Below are positions 36,404 to 48,949 of a stretch of 64,000 bases of DNA, in pieces. Position 1 is the first letter of the stretch, and the number at the start of each line of letters is the position of its first letter. The notes under the pieces are model-generated. The model saw only the letters and a list, made by a program, of their open reading frames with translations, did not search any database and was not told the DNA's origin. The stretch comes from Macrostomum lignano. Lineage: Eukaryota. The position numbers and the translations under genes were made by a program. Location: contig NIVC01003379.1 of NCBI GenBank assembly GCA_002269645.1, positions 1-64,000 on the forward strand. The letters are read 5' to 3'.

Positions 36404-38705
36404 CCCGTATAACATTTAGACGTATCTAGACGTACTAGGGACGTCCCAACTTTGGTCTATTTGACAAATTCTGGGACGTACAGATGCGTCTATTTGGGAA
36501 GTACCAGGGACGTCCCAGGACGTAACCTTGACACGTTTCAGCCGAGACGTCCCACGGACGTCGCTGCTCGACAGATGTTGACAGAAACTGTATTTATCAT
36601 CTAGAGTCTGCATGGGGCATAGGAATACTTACATTTATGAATATGCAGCTGTGAAATATTGGTTTTTAAGTTCAATTTCAACATAAGTAATTTCTAGCTA
36701 ATTCTTCTAGTCCGACCTTGTAGTCCGTTTAGTAGTCGATTGACATAATTATATCAATCATGATCGTGTCAATGACAACTTAACAGTTAATTTAAAGTAC
36801 ATGTAGTTAAAAATCAACATGCGCACACATACATGGGTGAGGAATGGATTAAATAGAGTATTCTCACAAAATGCAAAATAAGCGAGTCAGCTTATTTAAT
36901 GGAACGTAAGTCGCATTGATTGGGAACTGAAAAACACTAATTAAATGCCAAGAAAATTTTATTTCAAATTAGCGACAGTAACTTATATCGGTATACAAAC
37001 GAATAGTTCACATGTGCAAAAGCTTCTTAGTATATTTAACAAACATTGAAACACATGAGAAACAAAAACAGATTTTTCGTGTTAATATACTTAGTTGTAT
37101 GCTTTAGCTGTAACTTGTACGCCTGCGTCGTCCACGGCATCAGCGTCGTCTGCAGCACCGTCACTGTTATCCCGAAAATCGTCATCGAGCTGGCGACCTG
37201 TTGAGCGGGACTGGGACTTGTGCGGCATACGTTTGAGAATGCTGCCGAAAAATGACCTAGCAGTCATGGTTTCAAGTTGCCGCTTCAAATTCTTTGAGTC
37301 GACAATTGCTCCTAAAGTTAGGAGATAGTTAGGGCGACATATAACAAATTTTTAAATTGGATCCAGTTTCATGTTACTGCAGAAAGCCAGCCGCTCTAAC
37401 AGAGACAATAAATAATAAATGTTGTTTACATTTTATGATTTTCATTTCGATAAAAAACAATGTCGTGAAATAAAGTTTCAACTTTTTTCAAAAAATAAAC
37501 AGCGCGCATGCGCACACGCTTATACATGTGAATACTCACTTGAAAAGCACTCAGCCACTGTCGATGGTAACTTGAGTTTTCCCTTCTGCCCCTCCATGCT
37601 AAATATACACAGCACTAAGGGATCCGCCATGGAGAGAAGTAGTATGTACACAGCCTGGGGCAGTTTTGTTGAGCAGTCAAAATGACTATGGGAGAATTGT
37701 AGCTGCAAGAACTTAGGAGTTCAAAATTTTTAGTCCAAATTAGTTTTTAACAGAATTATTTATTAGGCAAGCATTAGGCAAAGCCAAAACAAACAAGGAA
37801 AATATGTTTTCGTAGGTGCTTAGCAGCCTATATAGATAGTCTAGCAAGCTTGCCCTTTTTACAGATACTATAGACTATAGTATAGCAGATCCAAGTCAGA
37901 ACAGAATGCTCTGAATTTGCAAGTAAATTAAATGCAAAAAGGCACTTAACAATTAAGGCATAAATTGTTGATTGTGAAATTTAGAATATAGCAGGCACAG
38001 TTGTGCAATAGTATTGCAGCAGTTACATATGAAAATGTAATATAAACTTGTCTGAGAATTTAGTATTCTGCAACCTGCAATATCGAACATGAAGATTGAA
38101 GTTGATTTGCAAGTACAATGGCAACCTTTATATGCCATAATCTGATAATTTAACATGCTGTCAGATGCGCAGGTTCATCTGAATTAATCTGGGGATAGAT
38201 GTATCACTCCATACAATTTAGGTACAATTAAATTTAACGCGCACTTAACAAGAAGAGAAAATTAAGTAGGTCCACTTCCCAGCGAGTAGTTTTTTAATTT
38301 CGTTAATTTTTCATGCGTTTTAACAATAATGCGCGATACAAAGCAAAGTATTCTAAAATCACTTAACAATAAATTGTACAGTAATTTGATTAGGTTTTTT
38401 CTCAATTTATCAAACCGAATAAGGTGCGAAAAACGATAGGTACAAAGATTCAAATGATGTTAGCAGTTCTACCAAGCTCAACGTTTCACTGCGACGTAAT
38501 TGTACGTATAATAGACGTCGCATATTTTTCCGAAATGTAAAATGCCGATTTTTAAGGTCATATTACTTTTCTGATGTTATTCATAATGTATTACTTCATA
38601 AACAAGACAAAGTAAATGCTGCAGACCATTGGAATTTAATTTTTTCGAACTTCCCGCTTTGGGACATTTGAGACCAAACAGTGGGACGTCCAATTGTTAT
38701 ACGGG
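36404..38705 (-). mobile_element. Non-autonomous EnSpm/CACTA-type element (2.3 kb)
   Basis: TIR CCCGTATAACA is perfect for 11 bp and 18/20 when extended. 2-bp TSD TT, GGGACGTCC subterminal repeats, and a DUF4806-like remnant (RSFFGSILKRMPHK, 37091-37288). Confidence 0.85.
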
Positions 38706-39389
38706 TTAATAACTTTCTCGAAATTTCACTAGATTTTTAAAAGTCAAAAACATTTATATTTCCAGAAACTTCTTGAGTTAGCATCTTATCTATAACATAC
38801 GCATACAAATAGTAAATACTTAATTATTACTTAACTGGTAATATTCTACTCGTATACAATTAAGTGTTTAATCGCTTTGTTAAGATGCGCTCAATCTTTC
38901 TAGAAATTTCCAGAAGACATTTAAAAATCTATAAATATACGGCGACGGGAGTGACACGAATCACGCTCCCCTTGTTTTCTCTTCGATCTGATTTCCGTTG
39001 ATAAACTACTAAATGAACCATCGCCTTGCTCTTATTCGATAACCAAATTAAAGAAAAACCTACAAATGGTCCGGTGAGGCGGATGAGCGACCTCTTTTAG
39101 AATGTGTGTGCATACGCACGCATGTTGTGCCCGCTTACCTTGCCATCATTTGCGATCAGCACCGCCGTCCCTACCAACGCCGAAACATCATAGCACAACC
39201 ACTGTCTACTGCCCGCCGTCATCACTTCTCAGTGTGTCGTAGCCGTCAAATGTAATGTAAATGTAGCTGAATCGTCGTCAGCCTCCACTGTTTCCACATG
39301 CAAACGACACGATATCTCGTCGGTGACTGAACCACATTACGCCAACACGGGCTCACGAACGGCCACCCGATCGAGTCATCCGCGCAGCT

Positions 39390-39925
39390 AAACATGATCT
39401 CCTGTACGTACAGCAGCATCACCCGCAGCACCGTGCAGACCGATTACTTGCAGCACAGCTGGGTCCCATCCATCGACAAACTCCATATGCAATCTACAAT
39501 AACCGGCTGGCACTACTGGCGAGTCTACACATCGCAACCTTCCACGAGGTTCATTGGTAAGCCGGTGGTCAACCAGCTGGCCTAACCCGGTCGACATCCG
39601 AGAATCTTCTCGGTTCTGTTTCAGCCGCAGAGCGACTACCCGCCTTGATCCCTTGATCCCATCTGTGAAGAAGCACCTTCGAGGCTTTCGATTCGACAGC
39701 GTCGAGCACATCGAAGCTGCTTGCAATCAAGCTGTTCGCCAAACGGACGCGAGTGGTGTAAGTTCCGGAATCAGAGGCCTAGTGCATCGCTGGCAGAAGT
39801 GCAAAGACATTGGCGGTGAATATGTTGAGTGACAGAATCATGTTAAACAATTTAACAGTGTTTTCAAGTTCCAGTTGTTTTTTGTTCAGTTTTGTAGGGC
39901 ACCGAAAAGAACTTTTTGAATACGA
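39390..39925 (+). mobile_element. Mariner-family transposase C-terminal remnant
   Basis: ORF 39554-39832 ...KKHLRGFRFDSVEHIEAA...GIRGLVHRWQKCKDIGGEYVE* is the characteristic mariner C-terminus. Confidence 0.8.
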
Positions 39926-40319
39926 GTAGCCTAGAAAATGAGGGGATATACCGGAGTAGACTAAAAGCCTTTGAGCGAGTAGCCTTTGATTGCGGGTGCT
40001 TTATATCTATACCTTTTTCATAAAACACTCCGGAAGAAAGAATTTTCTAGCTCGTAGAAAAAGTCGCGCTGGAATTGAAGTAACTATATTTATAATCGTA
40101 TTTAGCGCGGAAATCTCAAGAATGAAATGTTCACTAAATAGATATTTCTTCGTAGTACGGTGTTTAGGGTTTGTTGCTGAAATTTCCTTATTTATTTTTA
40201 TTTCAATTATTTGCTGCCAACAAAGGTTAACCAGTTCTGGCCAACAGAAAATATTTTACGGTATATACAGTATAGTAAGCATAATTTTAACGAGCAAACG
40301 TAAACGTAAACACGTAAAC

Positions 40320-40470
40320 ATGCCGGATCCCTCAGCGGTTCCGGATCAGGCGGAGGTTCCGAATCACTCGGCAGTTCCGGATCAGGCGGAGGTGCCGGAT
40401 CCATCGGCGGTTCCGGATCACACGGCGTTTCCTAATCACGCGGAGCTGCCGGATCAGTACGAACTACGTG
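40320..40470 (+). repeat. 18-bp tandem repeat (CCGGATCAGGCGGAGGTG-like)
   Basis: About 8 units, read as PDQAEV/PDPSAV in ORF 39990-40550. Confidence 0.85.
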
Positions 40471-42585
40471 GAATGAAAATTCTGACGGCAATCGTGGTAC
40501 ACTTGGCCGGCCGAATTTGTACGTATGTTCTCAGTCACTTTCTTTTCTAATTTTTCTAATCTTGCTTGATGCTTCATCAGTCACCAAGTTCATGTCGTCA
40601 TTTGCTCTCTAGGTTTTACGCTAGACTTGTGGAGTACCTGGTTATAGCAAAATATTTTAAATTTCTAGACTAAACTTGCTGTTTTTATGTTCAGTTTAGG
40701 GCATGTTTTTAATTTTTGCTACAAGCCAACGGGCGCAGACAGAGTGCTTGCAGTCAACGTCATAAAGACCGAGTATCATCAGACCCACTGCTTGATTTTG
40801 TTATCCAAGGTCAAAGCATGCAACCCGCGTATGCAAGAAACGCCTGTTTGCAGTTTGGTTCCTCAGAGCCTCAATAGGTGCCTTTGTGGTTGAGCAGCGC
40901 GTTCGAACTACTGCGTTATTTTCAGTCTAGCGGAGCGTCGATTTTCATGGGCAAGGACTTGAGTTGAGCGCTAAAGACTGAACGACTTCCAGGTGCTTTA
41001 ACGCCTCTGTTACATGAAACACAGTCGATTGCTCGCATCGCTTTTTTCTCTAAAATCTTCCAACCGTTTGCTTGAAGCCATAGTTTGGCGGAATTCGAGC
41101 TTTTCAAACGCTTTTCACACTTTTCATCTCGCCGTCAGTTAGGCACACAGGTTTCCAGATAAGTACGTGTAAACTCTGAAAATTAAATATTTTTACTCAA
41201 GACAATTTGTCTATAAGCTGTTGGTATACCATATGATAAGGAAATCACTATACATGAGTTGTCTTTTTGGATAATACAGACTAGCCATAAAAGTCATAAA
41301 ATTCATGGCATTCATGTCTATAAGCAGTTGTGTAGTGTGCGCACATTGCATAAATTTCTGTAGTATGAATATCTATTAACTAGTTTTTATATATTGTTAA
41401 TAACTGTTTTGCTTTATTTTACTCACGCGTTTTGAAAGTACTTTTTAGTTAGAGTTTATTATTATTGTAAACAGGCCAGAACAACTAGATGGGTTCCAAA
41501 ACAAAGTGACTCAGCGGAGGGTCGACAATTTTGCAATGTACCCTGGCTCTAAGCGGCCAGCCAATCAGAATTGTTCTAGACCCCTGGCACGCGGCAAACC
41601 AGTTCTACCCGGCCTGAGAAGCGCGGTGGGTTCAGTGCAATCTGGATTATCGAGCGGCCAGCCAGACACCCACCACCCGGCTTGAGGGGGATTGAAGTGC
41701 CCACCACCCGGCTTGAGGGGGGGGGGGTTTGAAGTGACTATATATGAGTGTGTTTTGGCGGTCGGATCTCATCTCTTTTCTGGCTCCTCTGGTTTTTTTC
41801 ATCTCCCAGCCGTTAAGCCATCTGCCGCGAGTTGAGTTTGTCACCGGCAAGCGCGGTCTAGCTGGGAACTGTCGGCTTGACGTAGTACGCGAACTCGATC
41901 CAGAGGGCCTCAGTGTTGCACTGAAGGGCAGATCTGGTAGAATTTGGCCAGAGATTCGCTGATCTGTTGAGTCGTCAGGGTCCTCGTCTGAGAGTAGGCT
42001 TTGGGAAACCCCTCGTCATTTAAAGTAATGATCACTCACATTTACTCAGACACTGAGATATAACAGAATTGACACGGAGACACAGTAACGCTGACATTAA
42101 GACACATCAAACAGACAGTGAGACAAATCTTCTTCTATCTTGAGCTTGCAATTGTTATGCAATCGCAAATTTCAAGTTTTGTTAACTTGACTGACGGGTT
42201 ATTGCTCGTTTTTTACGTAACGCCTAAACTAAAAAAGACATGACAGGACCGATACACGCATCAAGACAGACGAAGTCAAAACTGAAAATGCGATTATACG
42301 GAAGGACAGATATCCACAGTAAAAACACATCGATTGTAAAGGTGCGTGATTGATGCTGATTGTAAAGGTGCGTGATTGATGCTGATTGTAAAGAAGTGCT
42401 AAGATTATGTGCTTCAAGCTCTTAAAATAAAAAATACATGTGCCAACAAATTAATGAAACGTGAGTCTATAGAAAGGGAAAGTATTAGTAAAGTAGTCAG
42501 TCAAAGTAAAAACGCTGGAAGTAGCTCGTACAAATATATCGCGTCTTTATACCATTCGGAAATGATTGGGCAAACAAAAACTAAA

Positions 42586-44760
42586 TTACATCAAGGCGTA
42601 AACTGCCAAATTGAGGCGACCAACACGCCTGGCAGTACAAGCATTTAGCCGACCGTCTGGTCGTCCCGTGACCCTCAGATCGTCGTAATAAACCTCTCGG
42701 CCACTGCTGGAGTGTACGGTTGCAACCCAGTGCGCACTCTCCGCGTAAAAATACGTCGAGCAGCAGAAACAATACCTAAAGTGCAATTAATTGGCCTGGC
42801 TGCAAAGAACGGAGTTTATATACATGCAGAAAAGAATTAAATTACAAAAAAAGAACGAATGCTATATTGGCTGTTCGCCAATTCATGGCCATTATTAATT
42901 TAGTACGAAGCAAACTTAATGTACGCACAAATATACAGCAAAAAGTATATATAATGATATGTTTCTTAGTAACTTACTGAGCAGCGCTGTTCGGAAATGG
43001 AGAAATTTGTCGTTCACCCAATGAGATACACGCGGTTCTATCAACGGAATCTGGCACAGCAACAACGAGAAGCGGCGGCAATCCATCAATGTACGTAGGT
43101 GGCAGGACATCCCGCAAGCTGCTGCAATGGCAACATTCTCGAATTCCAGCTTCTTGGAAGACATTACACACAAAGTTGTATGGTGACTCAATTGGGCCTT
43201 GTTCATGTTGAATTACAAGCCCTGCAAAACCTTATTCTAATCGTTTATGACGACAATTATTATTAAGGCAGATGCTCCTAACCACAAAATCATGGCTGCT
43301 ACCAAGTAGATCTAGAACTACGTCCAGTTCACTGCTCTCAAGATTGCCGTCAATGATGGTGCCACCATTTCGCCGCCAACGCAAAAAGCCCTTGCGCCAG
43401 AATGATTCCGTCTGTACAATCAGTGTGGCACGAGCACGTCTAGCCTCCTGATCAGTTCGGCTAGTGGTAGCGTGCCTGCAAAAATCCGCTAGACGACGAA
43501 ATTCGGGAATCTGGGACGCTGAAATAGTTTCACGGAATGTGATGCGATCTCTGTACGCAAATGAGACGCCAGTAAGGAAACCATCAGTGACATCGTCATT
43601 CTCCTGCCCATCGGAGTCAGCGGCTTCGTTAATTTGGGTTCTGTTGTGTCTCCGATTTGCTTCTGCAATTTCTTCCAGAAAGATCCGATGCAAGCCTTGC
43701 ATAAACCTACTCTGCTTAGCTAAGAAATTTCTCATGGAGTTTTCGCGACCGAGATGGAGCTGGTTTTTAACCACGTGCATCCAGAGCTCGGTGTGGCCTT
43801 CAGTGAACCCTGAAGCATCACGGGAAACGCTTTGAAACTCGGCATCATCTGAGGCAGCATACCTTGCAGGATTCAGCATAATACCGCTCCACAGAGGCAG
43901 ATAGGGCATTAAAACATTTGTGATTTTTCTAGCGAGACCAGGACACAAATATGGATTCGGAATTGTCATTTCGCCTTCTTCACTATGTGCAACTAGCGCT
44001 GAGCCCCTATTTTCTACATCTTTGTGCACTTCGGCTAGTTCATAAAATGGCGACGTTCGCATGATTGTTGCATCCGGTCTTCCTTACATGAACTGTTCCG
44101 GTGGAATAAGAATTCCATCACCCAGTTGATCTGCAGCGGCAGCGTGCAGAAGAGCAAGAGACGACTGAGCAGCTTCTAGGGTCGGGTAAAGCAGAAGCTC
44201 TAGAAAGCTTCTGTACACAGCCTGTACTTGGTGTAGACTAGTACAGCGAAGCAACGCACCGAAAAATGCTTCCATGCATTCTCGACTGACACATTAGGAC
44301 AGTTTTTCACTTCTGGCTACGAACAGAACTTTTGTACAATGTGGCTTCGGCCGAAGCCAACCAACGTAAACTTTAGTAATTCCTGAGAGCTCAATTCAAA
44401 AGACAGAATGGCATAGCTGTTGAGCAAAGGCAGTTTTACGCCGAAATTAAAAGAAAAAAAATAACAGACAAGAGTGGGGAAACATGGATTCATAGGTGGG
44501 ACAAATTGAAGGAACAAAAATTGGGACAAAGGCAACATACGGGAAAGTGATAAACAACTATTGGAAAACAATACGCAAAAATTTCCGGGAGTTAGGGCAC
44601 GTAATTATATTCATAGAAACTTAGTAAATTGAACGCAAAATTGTTAAAGTAATTACAAAAAATCGAAGTGGCAACCCGACTGCCACACGGCCTACCACAG
44701 AATTTTTATAATCGAAGTGGCAACCCGACTGCCACACATCCCGCCTGCCACAAATGTTCC
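42586..44760 (-). mobile_element. Degenerate MULE (NOF-FB-like) transposase with a C-terminal USP-like peptidase remnant
   Basis: NPYLCPGLARKITNVLMPYLPLWSGIML and TEGHTELWMHVVKNQL (43232-44062) resemble NOF-type MULE motifs as I recall them. HWVATVHSSSGREVYYDDL...NLAVYAL (42586-42786) resembles a USP His box. The terminal motif CCCGCCTGCCACAAATGTTCCC at ~44739-44760 is shared with ~55686-55707. Confidence 0.5.
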
Positions 44761-46675
44761 CGGTTGACGGTCGTTTCGTCTGCCGCCAGTTCGTCTGCCA
44801 CCCTTTCGTCTGCAAGAATACGATACAGTCGTTTCGTCTGCCAACGAATAGTAAAGTTTTAATAAGTGTAAGTATATGTCAGTTGTTGTCATTAATTTGA
44901 GATTTGAGATATTTGAGATAACAGTGATTAAGATATCGGGAACATTTCTTAGTAGTAATGACTTAAACGAGTAATTTCTGAATATTTTTGTTTATATTTA
45001 ATAAACTAAGCAATTGGACGAATCCAATGCATTTTCGTCATGATATGGCATGACGCCATACCATCTCTTAACCGTCTCAAAGCTTCAAAGCTCAAAAGCA
45101 ATTAGTCGAGTTAGTATTATTTTACTTATTAGAATTCGTTTACTTTTTTTGGACAATACCGAAGATTCAGTGTATTTAAATGCACAAAGTGTATAGCGGC
45201 AGCCCGTACAACAATCCGATGTCGGTCGACGTCTATCTGACCGTCCGATACCGACCAATAATAGACGTCGGAGGACGTCCATAGCCAAAGGATACTTTAC
45301 AGTACACCGACGTCGACTTCGACGTCGGATTGCGACGTTTCTGAACGTCTGAAACGGACGTACTCAGACGTTTAAATACCAGTAAGATTTGCGGCTTGTG
45401 CAAAAAAAGAACAAAAAAACATAGACTATTCACGAAAGTTTCCAAACCTTACTTACGAACGAGCAAGTGTGAAAAGAAAATGTAGAATAATAGGAGCGCA
45501 ATTTTATTATAGTGATTGTTTGCAACTTAATGGTGCAGTAGTTTTAAATATTCGCTATCCGCATCAGCTTTAACTTCAGAATCACCCTGACCTCCAGCCG
45601 CAGGAACGCTAGCAGAGGACGGTTGTAACGGACGCTTGGGCTCACCGATATGCTTTAGCACATCACCGATCACAGATGAGCATGATTGTTTGCTGCTCAT
45701 TTGTCTTTTAAGCGTGTGCTTGGACACAATCGCGTCTGAAAGATTAAGGTTCATTTAAAATTATTATTAAACGTTACAATTTAAAATTTAATCGATTCCC
45801 TTTTTTCTGTGTCTGCCTAAGTTTGCACATTTAATACAAAGTTTAGCAACGGTTACCTTCAATTGCAGCCAACATTTTCTTAGGAATCGCTTGCTTCCCT
45901 TTCCGTCCTCGTACATTAAAGGACCGCCAAACTTCAGACGGAGCAATTCGGATAAAAATGTCTTTGATTTAGCGGTGCCAATCAGTAGAGCTAGCATAGC
46001 GGGCCGTTCTTTTCTGAATGGAAACACAACAATATCCACTTATGTGACAGTGCCAAAATTATCCCCACTTAAAATCAAGCAATACTACATTGTAAATTTG
46101 TCAAAATACAAAACAGTGTACTCGAATGCACTATTTATGATCTGAGACTATTACGATACAAAAATGTCAAGGATTTTGGTTTGTAAAGGTAATTTTAGCG
46201 AAAAATTAATTACCAGTTCCTCATAAAGAACGCTATCGTCGTCCAGGTCCTCTCCAAACTTGATGACAGCATTAGATGTTTGAAATGGAATGCGTTTTGC
46301 CAAGACAGACTCCGCTACGCTACTACTGGATGTAGCATCTGTTATTCGCGAAGACAGGAGACTATATAGTTCATTCTGTTTTTTTTTCAACGTCATTGAT
46401 ACGGAGCAGAACTTTCTGAAACCACTCTGAAAAAACAGGGTTTAGTTTGCATTTATTTTATTAAAATAAGCTAACTAGATAGTTTACAAGTTAAACCCCT
46501 CCCACCCTGCTACTATCTCCACAGCCCTCTCTAGTTTTTTACAATTTAGAAAAAAACAAACTTAATTTTAATTGTAGCCATTTGATTGCCATTTTCTTGA
46601 ATATCGCCATCAGCTAAGCTTAACGGATCATGTTGTTGGGTAGTTTCCCTCTGCTTTGTGTATTACTTGCTACAA

Positions 46676-47335
46676 AGATCTCCGGGGAATCAAGGCCGGT
46701 GACACGTGAAGCTCCAGGCCGCGCAGAGTTGCCTGGTAGTGAGATCTCCGGGGAATCAAAGCCGGTGACACGTGAAGCTCCAGGCCGCGCAGAGTTGCCT
46801 GGTAGTGAGATCTCCGGGGAATCAAAGCCGGTGACACGTGAAGCTTCAGGCCGCGCAGAGTTGCCTGATAGTGAGATCTCTGGGAATCAAAGCCGGTGAC
46901 ACGTGAAGCTCCAGGCCGCGCAGAGTTGCCTGATAGTGAGATCTCCGGGGAATCAAAGCCGATGACACGTGAAGCTCCAGGCCGCGCAGAGTTACGTGAT
47001 AGTGAGATCTCCGGGGAATCAAAGCCGGTGACACGTGAAGCTCCAGGCCGCGCAGAGTTGCGTGATAGTGAGATCTCCGGGGAATCAAAGCCGGTGACAC
47101 GTGAAGCTCCAGGCCGCGCAGAGTTGCCTGATAGTGAGATCTCCGGGGAATCAAAGCCGATGACACGTGAAGCTCCAGGCCGCGCAGAGTTGCCTGATAG
47201 TGAGATCTCCGGAGAATCAAAGCCGGTGACACGTGAAGCTCCAGGCCGCGCAGAGTTGCCTGATAGTGAGATCTCCTGGGAATCAAGGTCGGTGTCACGT
47301 GAGGCTCCAGGCCGCGCAGAGTTGCCTGATTGAGA
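46676..47335. repeat. 66-bp tandem repeat (~10 copies) inside the transposon accessory gene
   Basis: GAGATCTCCGGGG recurs at 46741, 46807 and onward; the unit is open in several frames. Confidence 0.95.
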
Positions 47336-48949
47336 GACCGCTGGAGATCTCAACTCTTCAGAACAAGGGGCGACGATTTTCGCTCTCTGATCAGCGGCTG
47401 AAAAAAACGGGCCCATTGCAAAAATTATGCTTCAGAAAAGTGAACGATAGGTGAACGGTATGCACAAAAATTAAATAGAATGTAAATGAAATCTAAATAG
47501 ACAAACCGAGTTGCAATTTAAAATATCGCCATAGCTTAACAGAGTGGATCCCATTTCTGAAGACGGTCGAACAACAGAATCCGAATTGGCTTTGTTAGGC
47601 TTCTTTTTCTTAGCTGGAGGTTGATATTCTTCAGCAAGTCGAATAGGACACCCGCGACGTCGATTGCGTGTGTCACTTTCACTCTCGCTGAGAGATCCGA
47701 TTCGAGCAAACTTTTTCTCTAGATGCCGCAGCTTGTCAAGGTCATCTAAAAGTAAAATCAGTAGACTTTATTTTAGTGCAGCATCATAGGTTAAAAATAT
47801 CGTTAGAGTTAGAAAAACAAATTAAATATTCGTAGAAAAGCATATTAGACAGTTAATTACCATCGGCAAGAAGCGCACTAATTTTAAATCTATCCCAATC
47901 AGAACTGGGTTGCACACCGTCGCGGCAGAAGTCGTAAAGCTTTTTATACAAGTGTCGAGGGGGGAAAAATGCGCTGCCTTCACAGATCCAAGATGTTGGC
48001 ACAATGGCAGTAGGCTCGCCTTCTTCTTCGCAAAACTCGACGAGAGAAAACATCTGCAATTTTTTTTATTTTGTGTTATATTAAAATATATCAAAATAAA
48101 TTATTAATTCAATAACTATAGAGCAAATGTAAGAGAATTTTAAAAAATGGTTTTCCATAAAGTATGCAGCAAAGTACATGGATAGTAATCAGAGGTTTTC
48201 CTTGGTACAACGAACAGCTTGGACTTCACACGGCTAAAGTCAGAAATTTTAATACCTCTTTGCAAACTAGACAGCCGATAAATGCCTACTTTTGATGATT
48301 CAAAAGGCAGATGGTAAAAACTTTCACAAACTGAGAATTGGCGATAGACAAGCAGGGTTTCACAGCGTGCTGAATTATGAAGAATGTTTACTAGCTTACA
48401 TGCTTTAGGCTTGCCAGCTTTATTATTGATAACAAAAAATGAATCGCATTGCCTGAGCAATAAATTTATATTGATTGTAAGTCTGACTTGTCTAAACATG
48501 GAATAATCCCTGCAGAATTCAGGCAAATCATTGGATCGATAATAATGTTGACTTGACACAATAGGAAAAACTGGAGTCTCAATAATTAGCCTGCCAAGAC
48601 ATGGATCTGTTTCTGATAGCCTATTTGCAAGTTGCTCTAAAGGCAGATGTGGCGATCTCACAGCTTTTTTAATGTATCGGTTAAAATTTTCAAACATAAA
48701 TGATGAGAATTTTTCAACAGTTCCATGGAGTTTATAGTCCTCTATTAGGTGCTGTAAGCCATGAACAACTGGACTATAAAAGCTTATCCCAAAGAGATCA
48801 TTGACACAAGAGTAAAAATCGTGTAGAACCTGGTCTAAGATAAGATCTTGATTTCCAAAAAAAATATTTGTGTTGAGCAATACAGAAATCAAATGCAGAC
48901 ATAAAAACATATCCATTAAACGTGGCTTGTCGGCTGGAATAAAACTAAA

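Noticed and set aside
40690-40800. SWIM-like CKH motif (DVDCKHSVCARWL) on the minus strand
   Set aside because: It is surrounded by stops and the upstream CxC is not evident; too short to support.
41466-42150. Solo LTR (TGTAAAC start, CCAAT and TATA-like motifs)
   Set aside because: No convincing CA end with a matching TSD could be identified.
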